Of a stretch of 64,000 nucleotides of DNA, positions 39,151 through 51,300 are shown piece after piece. The position numbers were made by a program, and so were the translations under genes. Under the pieces are notes generated by a model that saw nothing but the letters and a program-made list of their open reading frames with translations, did no database searches and was not told the DNA's origin. Source of the stretch: Octopus sinensis (lineage: Eukaryota); contig NC_043001.1 in the NCBI RefSeq assembly GCF_006345805.1, positions 27,714,001 to 27,778,000 of the forward strand, in the 5' to 3' direction. The first letter of the stretch is position 1; the number at the start of each line of letters is the position of its first letter.

Positions 39151-42100
39151 GCACAGATAGTGAAGGTGAGCAAAAACATGCTCAAATTGCATATAGTACT
39201 TTCCACAATTCAGTCATGGTATGTAAGCAACGACACCCAGTTTGTTATGAAATCAATGTCGAAGTTTATTTAACCGGTTACAAAAATGAAGTTATGGAAC
39301 AGTTGCTAATATGTTTAAAAAGTTTCTTTTTAGCTGTATTGTGTATCATTGGTTGTCAGTCTTCAATATTTAGAACTAAGTATATTCTTTAATGTAATTA
39401 TATAATGTAATATAAACTAGTGTGTTGCATATGAAAATATGAATAATTATGGTAGTGATGATGATGTAGAGAAGTCTCTGTTGCTACATAATTCATTGTA
39501 TAATATTTTAATTGGCTCCAGCATATGCTTTAAAAAATTACTTGGTGAAAACTCACCTACCGATCAGTCACATTTGCTAGTAATATGACAAATGTTAATT
39601 GCAAGTTAGTTTAATTTACTGTGGCAAATGACATTTTAAACTTCAAAAGAGAGAAAGAGAACATATATACCAGCTTTGGCACATTTTACTTCGTTTTCTT
39701 ATGAGATCAAATACTAAATATGGAAGTGGCAGATTTAATTATGTTAAACATTGTTGTAATATTTTTGTAAGAATTGATAAATTAACTTTCTATGCAGAAT
39801 TCTGGACTAGAAATATGAAGTATATTAGAGTAATTTCTTCTTCAACGTCAGAAACCAGTGTCTTTCATTGGAACTGATGAGAAATAAACTAATAAAATAA
39901 ATAAAGGATGAAAGATAATTGAAAATATGCTAATGTGAACAATAATTATGTTAAAGAGAGTGCGACCAAGTAAGTGTTGGAGAGTATAACCACGCAGGTG
40001 ACTTGATTTTGATTCTAGTTCGAATTACTTCAGTTCGCGTCACCTTGGCTATTTTGGGGCATTTCAAATAACTATTTTTATTTTGGGAAAAACAAGTCAA
40101 TCTCTTAATTGCTTGTAATTTTAATTAGCGGACATATGTGTAAGAATGATAGATTTCATTGATTTATATTTGAATTTGATTGACTTTATAAACGTTTTTA
40201 AAATATCTGTTCACGAATAGTTGCAAGTAAGTATACTAATTTTAAATTTTGTTTACCGTGATATCAAAAGCAAAAAGATAAAATAAATAAATAAAATAAA
40301 AACTTTACAATGAAAATCCAAACGAAACCGATATCAGGTGAAGGGGAGATAATTCAAAATTATGGGCCTTCATTTAATGTTCTCCATTTCCACTTCTTCA
40401 CGGCGAACTAATTTATTCAGCCTTTCGTGCATCATATGTTCCAGTGCAGACCATCAGTAGTTTCTACGGATTCTATTGTTTCACTTTCACTTTTGTTATA
40501 TTTGCTTTGATACAATATATGAGACTGTATTGGAGCAATGACCGCTGAGTCGAGATAGTCATATTGGCTGCTTTAAATACACATAATCATATGATTTTTT
40601 TTTCCAGTATTGTTTTAATTCTCAAATTAAGCCTTTATATATATAATTTTCAGTGGCATAACAATAGCTTTTAAATGGTTCGTATGAATTCTATGAAATT
40701 ATATTTTCTTTAAAAAAAAAAAAAAGAAAACAATTAAAAATAAGTGAAAAATTGAATTGCAGTTTATTTTTTAATATACGATCAAATTTAAAATATAATC
40801 GATATTTTGCAATATGTCTTTAGTAATTTTTGTTGTTGTATATTTGTGAGATAGTGTACATGTGTTTCGAATATAAAAAAAAAAAATGGTATTTTTTTTA
40901 TATATTAATGCGCATCAAAAAACGAATATTGAAATTAAAACGTGAAACAATTATACGAATATTTGTAAGGGGAGGTGAATAGTCAACTTATCTCCCCTTG
41001 TCATTCATATTGGGTAAGGTTTGAACTTATAGCATTGAGAGGAGAAAGCGCATACTGTAGTAATATTTAGAGTTTGGTACTCTGATTTTACGGCAAACTA
41101 AATAAATACATGTGTTCATGGAACAAGCGTTTGCCATCACAACGTGAAAGATCTATCTCGGTAAACTGAGATTTATCCCATAAAACGCTAGGATTTATAC
41201 TTACATAACATGAACTGCTGAGCAAATTCTATGAAAATGAGACTACCATGCACACATAAAAAAACAAAAAATTAGTTAAAATACCTTCTTAGAATATAAT
41301 GGTGGCAAGTTTTACATAATCTGAAAAGTCATAGTAGCCACCTTGATCTACAAGAGAGTTGATTTAAAGGAGAGCATCACATTAGAATTTATAAATCTTG
41401 CAGAAAGTTCAAAGGTCAGGCATCAATTAAGTCAAGATATATGTTTGGAAGTAAATAGCTGTCAATTCAAACATTAATATAACCTAAAATATATACAAAA
41501 TTCTGTGGGGCTAACTTTTGGTAGTGCGTGTGTGTGTATTTTCCTACAGTTTCTTGTAAAAAGATCAGTGGAGCAATGAATCCATACTTCAACGTTGTTA
41601 AACACCTATTATTTACAAGCACCGTGTATCCAACTTTTCACATACTGAAAGCAGTGGAATGTAATGGTATTGGGGAACATCTTCCTCTATTGTAAATGAA
41701 GGGATTTTCTCCTAATATGACATTTAGGCCATACAATATTTTTGAGGCATGATGTTCCTGTCAGTGAAGTCACAAAGTTCTTACTAAATAAAAATCAATA
41801 AGATGATTATAAATGGACGATTAATATTAATTGATAATGTGTTGTAGGCTGCTGGTTGATTGTAGTTGATGGAGAATAAAGCAGATTATGAAAGATATTG
41901 TCTGGACAGATACTATGCTATAGAACCACCTAGTTTTGAGAATAGGGAGAAAAAAATGTGGAATACCTAAAACTCATGAAAAACCAAGCCATCCTGACTT
42001 TGAAAATTCTTTCCACATAGTTTAAATACTGATGGTTCTAGTTTTCAGAAATAATTCAGTGTATGCTTAATGAATCTTTGCATGTATAATTTGTGATGTA

Positions 42101-45100
42101 GGGGACATTGTGTAACCAACATTTATGTCTACAAGAAATTTAAACCTGTTTTGATCTCCAACAAAACTTTTTAATTGATGCTCTAGTTTCAAATTGATTT
42201 TACAAATTTTCCTTTTTATTATGTTAATTTTGAGTTATTTTTATCATTGAATGTGATTTCTCACAGTCATATTCAACGTTGAATAAATTTGTGGTTCATT
42301 CTTTAATTTCATTTATATTTATTACTTCTTCTTTAAGTTGACCTCCTATAAAATCGTAAACTGACAAAATATTTTGTTAGTTTAGGTATACTGTGTCACA
42401 ATAGCTTTAATATTAGTCATTATAATGCAATGATTTTGATTTATGATTCGTAGCAGGATATAAAGTTGTATCCAGTAGCTTTATCTGGAATCATGTCATA
42501 ATTTTAGCTCAACATTGCAGCTAATGAAACACTTGTCAGTTTACATTCCTGATGCTTAAAACTTTGAACTGCATTCTTTTATAATAAATACAATTCAACA
42601 AGTCTCTTAGAAGTTAAGAATCACTGCCAGATTGAACATGTATTGCTATTAGTATAATACCAATTTATCACTTAACCTGTGACAATGTAGCTACTTGTTA
42701 TTTGATTTTGTATAACTTTAGTGATTTGAGGTACCAAAAACCAAAATGTATTATGAATCATCAGAAATACAATAGTATTTATGTCTTTTGTATTGCTGAT
42801 AGTTTTATAATTCTCTCTCATAAAATTTAGACTTAGGGATTTTATTTTTATGTCACATATTGTACATGAGAACATTTTACTTTGTGAAATATTTTCATAA
42901 CTGTAAAAAGGTTGTTTTCACCAAACCTAGGATCCAGCATTTTTTTTTAGCACACATATTTGAATAATGAGTTTAAGTTTAATATTGCATTAGTTAATTA
43001 CACAATCATATAACCTAACACATTTCTCAATGAACCAGACTATGGAGATATCTCATCAGTGAAGAATGAATGTCAAAGAAAAAGGTTCCAAGGACTGAAG
43101 CTTGTTTCATTGCATGTCTTAAATTTTTTTTTAATATTTACTATTGGGTTGTTAGAAACCTCATAGAGCCCAACTCTTCTTCCTTTCCTAAATAAAATGT
43201 CAATCAACTGTGTTAATAGACTTGACCTTTCCACCAAATATAATTCTCTAATTTTTCAGCAGACCATCATAATAAAATGGAATGAAGTATAAGCTCTCTT
43301 CAACTGCTCCCTAACCCTCTTCAAATTTCTATTTTTAGGATACTTTTTCAAGCTTAAGATCATTTTCATCAGAATAAAATGTCAGTGATTTAGAAAGCAC
43401 AATGGATAGAAATATTTATGTGAAAATGGAAATATGTATTTAAAAAAAAAAATTCAGCCTATATGTTACGAACTTCTGATAGTGGAGTTGAAATCTAGAC
43501 TCGATGCTCTACAGCATTGAGTTTCATATGTTACATGGTGTTTAAATTCTTCCTGAGATTTTGCTATGAATATCACTGTTTTGCATGTTTCTTCCATTTA
43601 AATATCAAAGATCTCAATCTAATATGAAAGATCATTGTTACCAAGTTTAAGAAAGATTATTATGCAGACAAAAATGGCCAGTTGTAAGAATAAATGTCTA
43701 ACAGTGTTTTGGTATGTCTCTTTTACAGTCAGTGTACTGTGATTAATTCATTTGACTATATATCTCCACAAGCAAAACATCTGTTCTTCTATCATACTTT
43801 AGTCTCTTATCACCTTGTATAAAGCCACCTCCCTCAATACTACTACCCTATCAGTTGAAAGGGTCTTGTCTTGCAAGTTAGTTGGTAACCTCACTAGTGC
43901 TGGCGCCATGTAAAAGGCATCCGATACAATTTAAGTGGTTGGCATTAGGAAGGGCATTCAACTACAAAAATTATATCAAAGCAGACTTTGTCAAACAGAG
44001 TTTGGTGCAGTCCTCTAGATTGCCATTCCCTTTTAAATCATTCAGCTTGGAAAACGGATGTTAAAGATGTTGATGATTATATTTCTCACAAGCTGTGGAT
44101 GTTTTGTTAATGTCAGGAATCTTTCTTAATATGCAAATGACAGAAACCTCTGAACTGAATTCTTATAAAGCCAAAACCTGATGTGAATTTCTGTCTGAAG
44201 TTATTTGCGCTTCTGAAACTCACTGGGTTCTGGGCACTGATGTTACTGTAATTTCCTTTGTCGATGGTTACTGGCCTTGCATCTTCAACGATGTATGGAG
44301 TAAGATAAGCAACAGGAAGGGCATCTAGCTGTGAAACAATGTCTGAATAAGATATTCATCTAACCCATACTTGCATAGAGAAACAAACAAAACTGACCGA
44401 CCTTAATATTCTCTCTCTTAGATAAAGATGATGCTTTGGTTTTAAAAAATAGGATTTGGCTATAGAAGAAAGATCATGCTTTGTCTCCAATATATTGCTA
44501 GTGTTTAATTTATTCATCTCAAAGGGATGAAAAGGAAACTGAACCTTTGAGATGTGAAATTAAAAGCACTGCTTGAAATATAATGCTATAAAGCACTTTA
44601 CACACGCCATCTTGCTTCTTAACCGTTTTTCTGCATCATTTTAATGCCTCAGGTGTACAGAAGAGAAAGTATGATTGAGAAAAATCTGAGTACATTGTGT
44701 TTTCTTTATTCCTTTTTAACTACTGGTTATAATTGGTTTTTCTAAACTCTACTCTTTTCTTCCTTTTTTTGAAATAACATCTCGAGGAAAAAAAAACATG
44801 CTGAAATGTTTTATGTATTTACTATTTTAATAACCTCTGTTATAAAACTGTTTACAAATAAAGACTTAATGAAGTGTGAGTAGTAGAGTAATTTACTGTG
44901 TGGGACAAAACTGAAAACTTAAATTGACTATAAAAGATGGTTAGTTTACTTTTGCTCAGGTGTTAACTCAAGGTCATTTGTCATTGAGTGGACCTGTAAT
45001 TGAAGATATTCTATCCATTGACCATCTCATCTTTGTATATCCCTTTCAAACATAGATGGGTGGGCTTAATTTTGTTGCTAATAAATTGAGTGCACACATA

Positions 45101-47012
45101 CAGTATCCATTTTGATGGACTTTTTCTTCTCATGATTGCTTTGTAAAGCCAGGAAGTCAATAGGGTTGTTTGATTATTGAGAGTAAACAGGCAGAAAAAA
45201 TGGATTTTCTAAAATAGCATTTTAGTTATTTTAATTTTTTAGTACAAAAAGGGTAGTATCCATGACTTTGGAAAGCTCCTCCAGGCTGGTTAGATCAATG
45301 TATGTTCAGTGTGTACTTGAGTTGGTTGTTGTAGTTTAACCCCACATCTACATGATTGAGCATGCTTATGATGAAGGGTGTTCTAGCTATGTCCATCCTA
45401 TCTTTCTCAGATAATGCAGCTAAGATTACATGATCTACTGTGGTCTTCCTCTTTAGGATGATACAGCAGGATTTGATGGAGATTTAACAACTAGTTCTAG
45501 CAGGTTAAATTACTTTGTAGAAGCTCTCTTTGGAAAAAAAAAAATCATGGGTGGAGAGGGAATTTCACAGAACTGGTGGGTTTGGTTTGTGTAGCAGTTT
45601 ACAAAGGAGGAGAAGCATTAGATGGGTCTGGATGGAGGTGGTAAGCAGCTTGTTATTTCAGACAAGCAGAAACCACTATAGTAGCAATAGAAAAAGTATA
45701 GGGAGAGATATGACTTAAAATTTGGTGGTAAATTTCTATTTTTGATTATGTTTCTCAAAGGTAAGTACTTCCAGCTTCTATTAACTCAAACATTGTGAGA
45801 CAATGTTTTCTTGATATTTTTTCTATATATTTTGAGAAATGCACTTTTTTTCCTTCATTTATATTAAATTCATCTTTCCATCAGCTTTTAAAGTTTTCTG
45901 TTATATTATTTTTCCTATTCAATAACTCCCACCTCTGAGACCACCAGATCAAGTCATACTTTGGCAACTTTCATTTGCTCATGTTTATCCAGCAACTTTT
46001 CTTTGGATCATATTTGCTTTACTTCATACTACGTTACTGTTATCCATTGGATAATATTGTCCTCTTTTAGTAATTTTTACAGTTGTATGGTACCTACTTT
46101 ATGCATTGCTATTTCTTGAGCCATATTTTCTGTTCTACATTGTCGTCCTTCAGACTATGTTGCTGTCCTGAAATGCTGTGGCCTCCACCTTCCTTCAAGC
46201 ATTATTTAAGTATCTTCCTTCAGATATTGGGGCTGTTCTTCATTGACATTCTTCTGGCATAGATGCTTTCCAATATTCTATCTTCTACCAGCCATTGCTG
46301 CCCATGTTATACTTGAAAAAAATTTGGCAGTATTCTTTATTCTAAAGCTGTTTGATATTTTGCATGAAACTTTGTCACATATAAAACAGCAAACTGTTGA
46401 GCAGTCTGCTCACAAGAGAATAACAATATTGGGTCATTGTGGAGTGGGTTATGCACTGAAAGAGTTAAGGTATCTATTCCATATTTTCTTGAAATATTTG
46501 CATTTTCCATTCGAACAGTTGCTAATCTTATATTATAAAATAGCATATTATTTAATGACTGGAATGGTTTGGAATTTCCGAATTTTGTCTGTCGATTTAA
46601 TCTTGTAAATTATTCTCTTATCTCACCCATCACATTTTACATCCACTTCTGTTATGCTTGAATGACTATAATGGTATACGCAGTTGTGATCATTTACAAA
46701 CTTGCAACAATTTTAATATTTTTTTGCTAGCAGTTATCCAGACAAAAGCTAATATGTTCCTTCCTCAGAGGTACAATATTGAATGCCATTTTTGATCAGT
46801 GTACTTGTGGCTGGTAGTTTAGCACATTCATGACATCCCTTTGTACCTCCATAAGCCATTGGGACAAATATCAATGAATTTCGATTTCATGTAAGATATC
46901 AAGAGCCAGTTAGCTTGGCAGAGTGTAATCCTCTGTAGCCTATAACCACTGAAGATGTTGAATAGTGCTGCAAGCCAATGGCACACTCATACAATTCAAA
47001 GTGCTCCCTCTG

Positions 47013-47185
47013 TTTAACCCATAAGCATTTAAACTGGTCATTTCTGGCTCAAATGTTCTGTTTTATGTTCAAATTGGCAAGATCTGACCTCTTGCACCTA
47101 CCCTGCAATATCATTCTAAAAATAAACTATCATATCATTGAAATCTTGAAGCTTTCAGATAATGTATGATAAATTCAAAACATTG
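47013..47185. mobile_element. Partial TTAA-type MITE
   Basis: Begins ttaacccataagcatttaaactgg (TTAA-CCC terminus); the other end is not seen. Confidence 0.45.
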
Positions 47186-48589
47186 TGGCAATAATTTGCA
47201 TGCCAAAGCTGTGAGTTTTTTTTAAAGTTAAATAGACTGAGCTGTGTACTGAGTCTACAAATAGTGCAATACTGAAAACATGGTAAAGCTGCTTATTTCT
47301 TAACAAGTTGTCTAATAAATTGTTGGTTTAGCCATTCATGCACAAAAATTGTCTTGCATACGCTTCTTTCAGTTTCTGTCTCCTAAATACCCTCACAAAT
47401 CTTTAATTGGTCCAGGGTTACAGCAGAAGACATTTGCCAAAGGTGCTGCATAGTAGGATTGAACTTAAAGCTACGTGGTTGAGAAGCAAACTTCTTAACC
47501 ACTCAGCCACTCCTTAAACCTATTTTACTTTCATTAATATTTATAATAATTTTATTGAATGAATGGATAGTGGAAATTTAGTCTTTGATTATGTGTGATC
47601 TCTTATTAAAATCTAGGATGCAGAATCAGAAATCTAGTGAAGCTGCAATTTTATGTATATTACTATATATACACAGGAAGACTGACAATGATTAAATATA
47701 TAGTAGACAAATATATAGTATTAAGCTTCAGATTTTATTATTTCACGTCTGTATTTATGCCCCCCCCCCTTTGTTCTGAGTTCTGACTCCACTTTAGTCA
47801 ATTTTGTAATACAAACTCATTATTAAGTATCAAATCAGTTGACTAAATGCCCTCCCAAAATGTATGCCATTCTGTTTGAGGTTGAAGTTATTGCAACTTA
47901 ATGTAAGGATGTAAGGTCTTGGCTGATTTCATTTCATTGGAAAAGAATGAACATTTTTTATCTTTTAGCTGTATGACCTTTTTGTAGGGCCTCCAAGACT
48001 GATGAGTGAGAAAAAGGAAGGTGTCCCCTAACAAGTGACTTGACCCAAATGCTTACAACGGAGAGGATTTTGCTAAAAGTAACCATTGTGCCAAATGGTA
48101 GTGATAAATTGGTTGGTGGGTAGACCACAGCAGAATTTGAACCAGAACAAATAGAAGGCATTCAGTCCCAAATATGTGCTTTTTTTTTTTAAATAACTCT
48201 AAGTGATGAAAGACAAAATTGACTTCTGTGGGATTTGAACTCACTTTCTAATGCTCAAACAATTTTACCAATTCGTCACTTGGTCAGGTGGGAATTGATG
48301 GATTTGTAGATGCTACTTTTAAGGCTTCTCTGGGACCACCTTAGAAACCATTTATATGTTATATGTGGAAGTATCTTGAATTATTTTTGCTCCTTTAGAT
48401 TAGTTTGTTTACAGTTTATTCTTGTTTTTATTAGATATAGTCAACTTTTTGTGTGTGTTCAGGTTGAAACGAATGCAAATTGAGCATCCTTGAATTTTTA
48501 TAAAATTAGAAGTTTTGAGACTAAAAATTCTTGTATCATTTAATTGTTGTTAAGTAAATAACTTTAGAAATTGTGGGTTTTTACAAACC

Positions 48590-48797
48590 TGTATCGAGCT
48601 TTCGATGCTATGTGTTACCTTCGTTATTTTTATTTAATAAAATTTTTGCGTTAGCGTGACGTGCGAATACTTTTTTAGAATTCAGGAATTTTGTTCCAAG
48701 TTTATGGAATTTCCTTCTGGTGGCCTGACTGCTATCTCGTTACGATGTTTTCTTTATAGGTTTACATCCTTTAAACACACACACACACACAAATATT

Positions 48798-48848
<51 letters not shown>

Positions 48849-51300
48849 CAATGGTCCTGTTTTGCTTTTGTTAATGGAACAGTTGGTTTTGTACGGACAT
48901 AACTGCAAATAAACTATTATTACACTGGGAAGAAACGTACTGAAACTATTACTACGTATGTGAATGTTATTCTTTTAACACCTCACTGTTAATAGCTGAG
49001 CGTGCTAAAGGGGTTTTATACCGACCGATACGTGATCGTTAAATAAGACTGAGTCATAATCCTCGGTTATTGAAGAAATCTCGAATATATTTAGTGGATA
49101 TTTTAGTTGATTTACTTTCTCTTTATATGGTCAAAATATTGTCATTAGTGCAGATGTTCTGCTGTATTATTCGGGAATTAAATATATTCATCCTCTCAAA
49201 ACGAAAAAAAGATGGCCATAATCCATAATATTTGTGTATACACACAAAATAAGGACACGATTAAGTGATGCCTCTTGTACGATGTTGTGAAGTAGCTGAC
49301 ATGGCACTAAGTCCCGTCTAGCGTCGTCACTATCAAAATATGTTTCACTATTGATGTGTTGGAGCAGAAAAAAATAAAACAAAAATATAATTAAAATGCC
49401 AGCTACTAATAATAATGTGTCGGGGAAATAACTGTCATAGCTAGTAATTTCCATTTCAGTTTCGTAAATTCATTTTGTTTGTAATTGAGTCGAATTATTC
49501 TGCAGTCACAAACTTTGGCAAGGCAGTACGTGTAAAGCAAGCCTTTTACTTTCCCCACCCCGAGATTCAAACGCATTGAATCAGGGGAGATAACCCAGAA
49601 CTGATGCTCTTTACATTTTCACTTAAATAAAATTTTTTGGTCGTTTTATTCCATTTGACCCTTTCTTTCAAAGACCAGTACTTACTGCGTATGTTTATTC
49701 GAAAATGTTTTTTTTTTAATTTTTATTTCGAAAATGAAAAGGAAGAGTGAAAATCGAAAAGTGTAAAAATATTCTGCGTTAAGTCGGACGTTATCCAATT
49801 TTACGGCAGTCGTAAATAGGTACATTTCCTGTAATTGCCGCCATATTGCCATGAAACACAAGCGTGACTGTCTGGTAAGACTGGCTGATTTCATTTAGCT
49901 CTCAGACATCCTTTATTTTAGATCATTTATTTCTTATCTTCGATTCATATTTGTGAAATTACTTCACATTCATTGTGTCAAGCGCGTTACCTTGTGTTGT
50001 CGATTGCTTATTTTTTTTGCTCATTTCGCGGATGTCTGTCTGTGTGTGTGTGTGTGTGTGTATGTGTGTTTAAATGACGTTCTCTCTCTCATAACTCCTT
50101 ACGTTTAGTCGTGTTATTTTCGCATAGAATTAATTGCATTTGCATTTTTCCAAACAGAAATAAATCTGTTAAAGCTGTTTTTTTTCAAACTTTAAACAAT
50201 ATTTAACCTTGGCCTCTTAGTGGTCTCGCACTTGTCCACTATGTTCGATTGGTTGGTACGTGCTCCGCCACCTTCGCTCTGTGTCATTCACTTAAATACA
50301 CGACTATGGTGTCTCAACAATTTTCCCATTTAACAGTTTACATTTTGCAACTTTTATCCTTCCCGTACACATGCGTCTAAGCCTGTTTTATTTCTCCACA
50401 AGTAGATCTCTCGATTACTCTTCGTTGTCTCTGCAACACTTTTTTTTTCTTATAACGTTTTGATAGAAGTCTTGAGCTGCTCAATGTCGGACATTTACCA
50501 TCAGTGTGATAACTACTGCCTACGGAAGGTGCGTCCCTTTGTAATTATTCATTAAAACATTTATTATCCTTGTTTTAATGTTCTTTTTCTCATTTCTAAG
50601 CTTTCTCATCAGTCACTGACCTTTCAGTGTATTTGATACGCTCAAGTTTTTTTTGTTTTCCTAATTTCGTTGCAATGTCTCAATATTATTTGGTCTTTAT
50701 TTTTAGCTTATATTTTTCGTTTTCATTTTGTTTCTCTGTTAGAAATTGGATCAAACCTTTTATTGATCTTTTAGTATTTTGTTTCTTTGTGTAAAATTCT
50801 AGCTAATTGGTTGTGCATGTGACTTGGGTTTCTGAATTCACTTATGAATAGAATATTAAACGTTGCAGAAACCTTTTCAAACTAATAATCGGGTATGACA
50901 TTTGGGTCTGATTTTCTAATTTCTCTCGACGAGGTTTCATATCTTTAACAGGTTTTCATACGTTTCTCCTAACACTTGTTAAACATTATTGATTAAGTTC
51001 GATTATGTTAATCTATTTTTCTTGAACATCTTGGTTGATTTCTCTCCCTCTTGTATGCAACCTCTTATGAAAAATAAAAGCAAAAAACGCGAAACAAATA
51101 ATGCTTGTCTAAAAAGTGGAACTAGCTGGGCATTACCAACCAGCAGCAGCTAATTTTGTCCAACTAATTAAATTCTATATCTACCGATCAGTCGATGTGA
51201 TCTATCAGTTCGGATATATAGATTTTGTACACTGGCCGTCCTCCCCTTAATTTTCATTTACAACTCCCGATTCTCGAACTTTTTCATTTGTTAAATATTG
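48590..51300 (+). promoter_or_regulatory. CpG-retaining, repeat-poor intronic island: candidate internal promoter or enhancer
   Basis: Visibly more CpG than the flanking intron and no SINE/LINE copies. YY1 match GCCGCCATATTG (49837-49848) and AAGATGGC (49209-49216); ETS-like CATTTCCTGT (49823-49832); reverse CCAAT GATTGGTT (50247-50254); TGACGT at 48657 and 50075. Confidence 0.6.

Noticed and set aside
45950-46950. Possible minus-strand LINE endonuclease remnant (similar hint at 61020-61400)
   Set aside because: Too degenerate to support by eye; needs a profile search.
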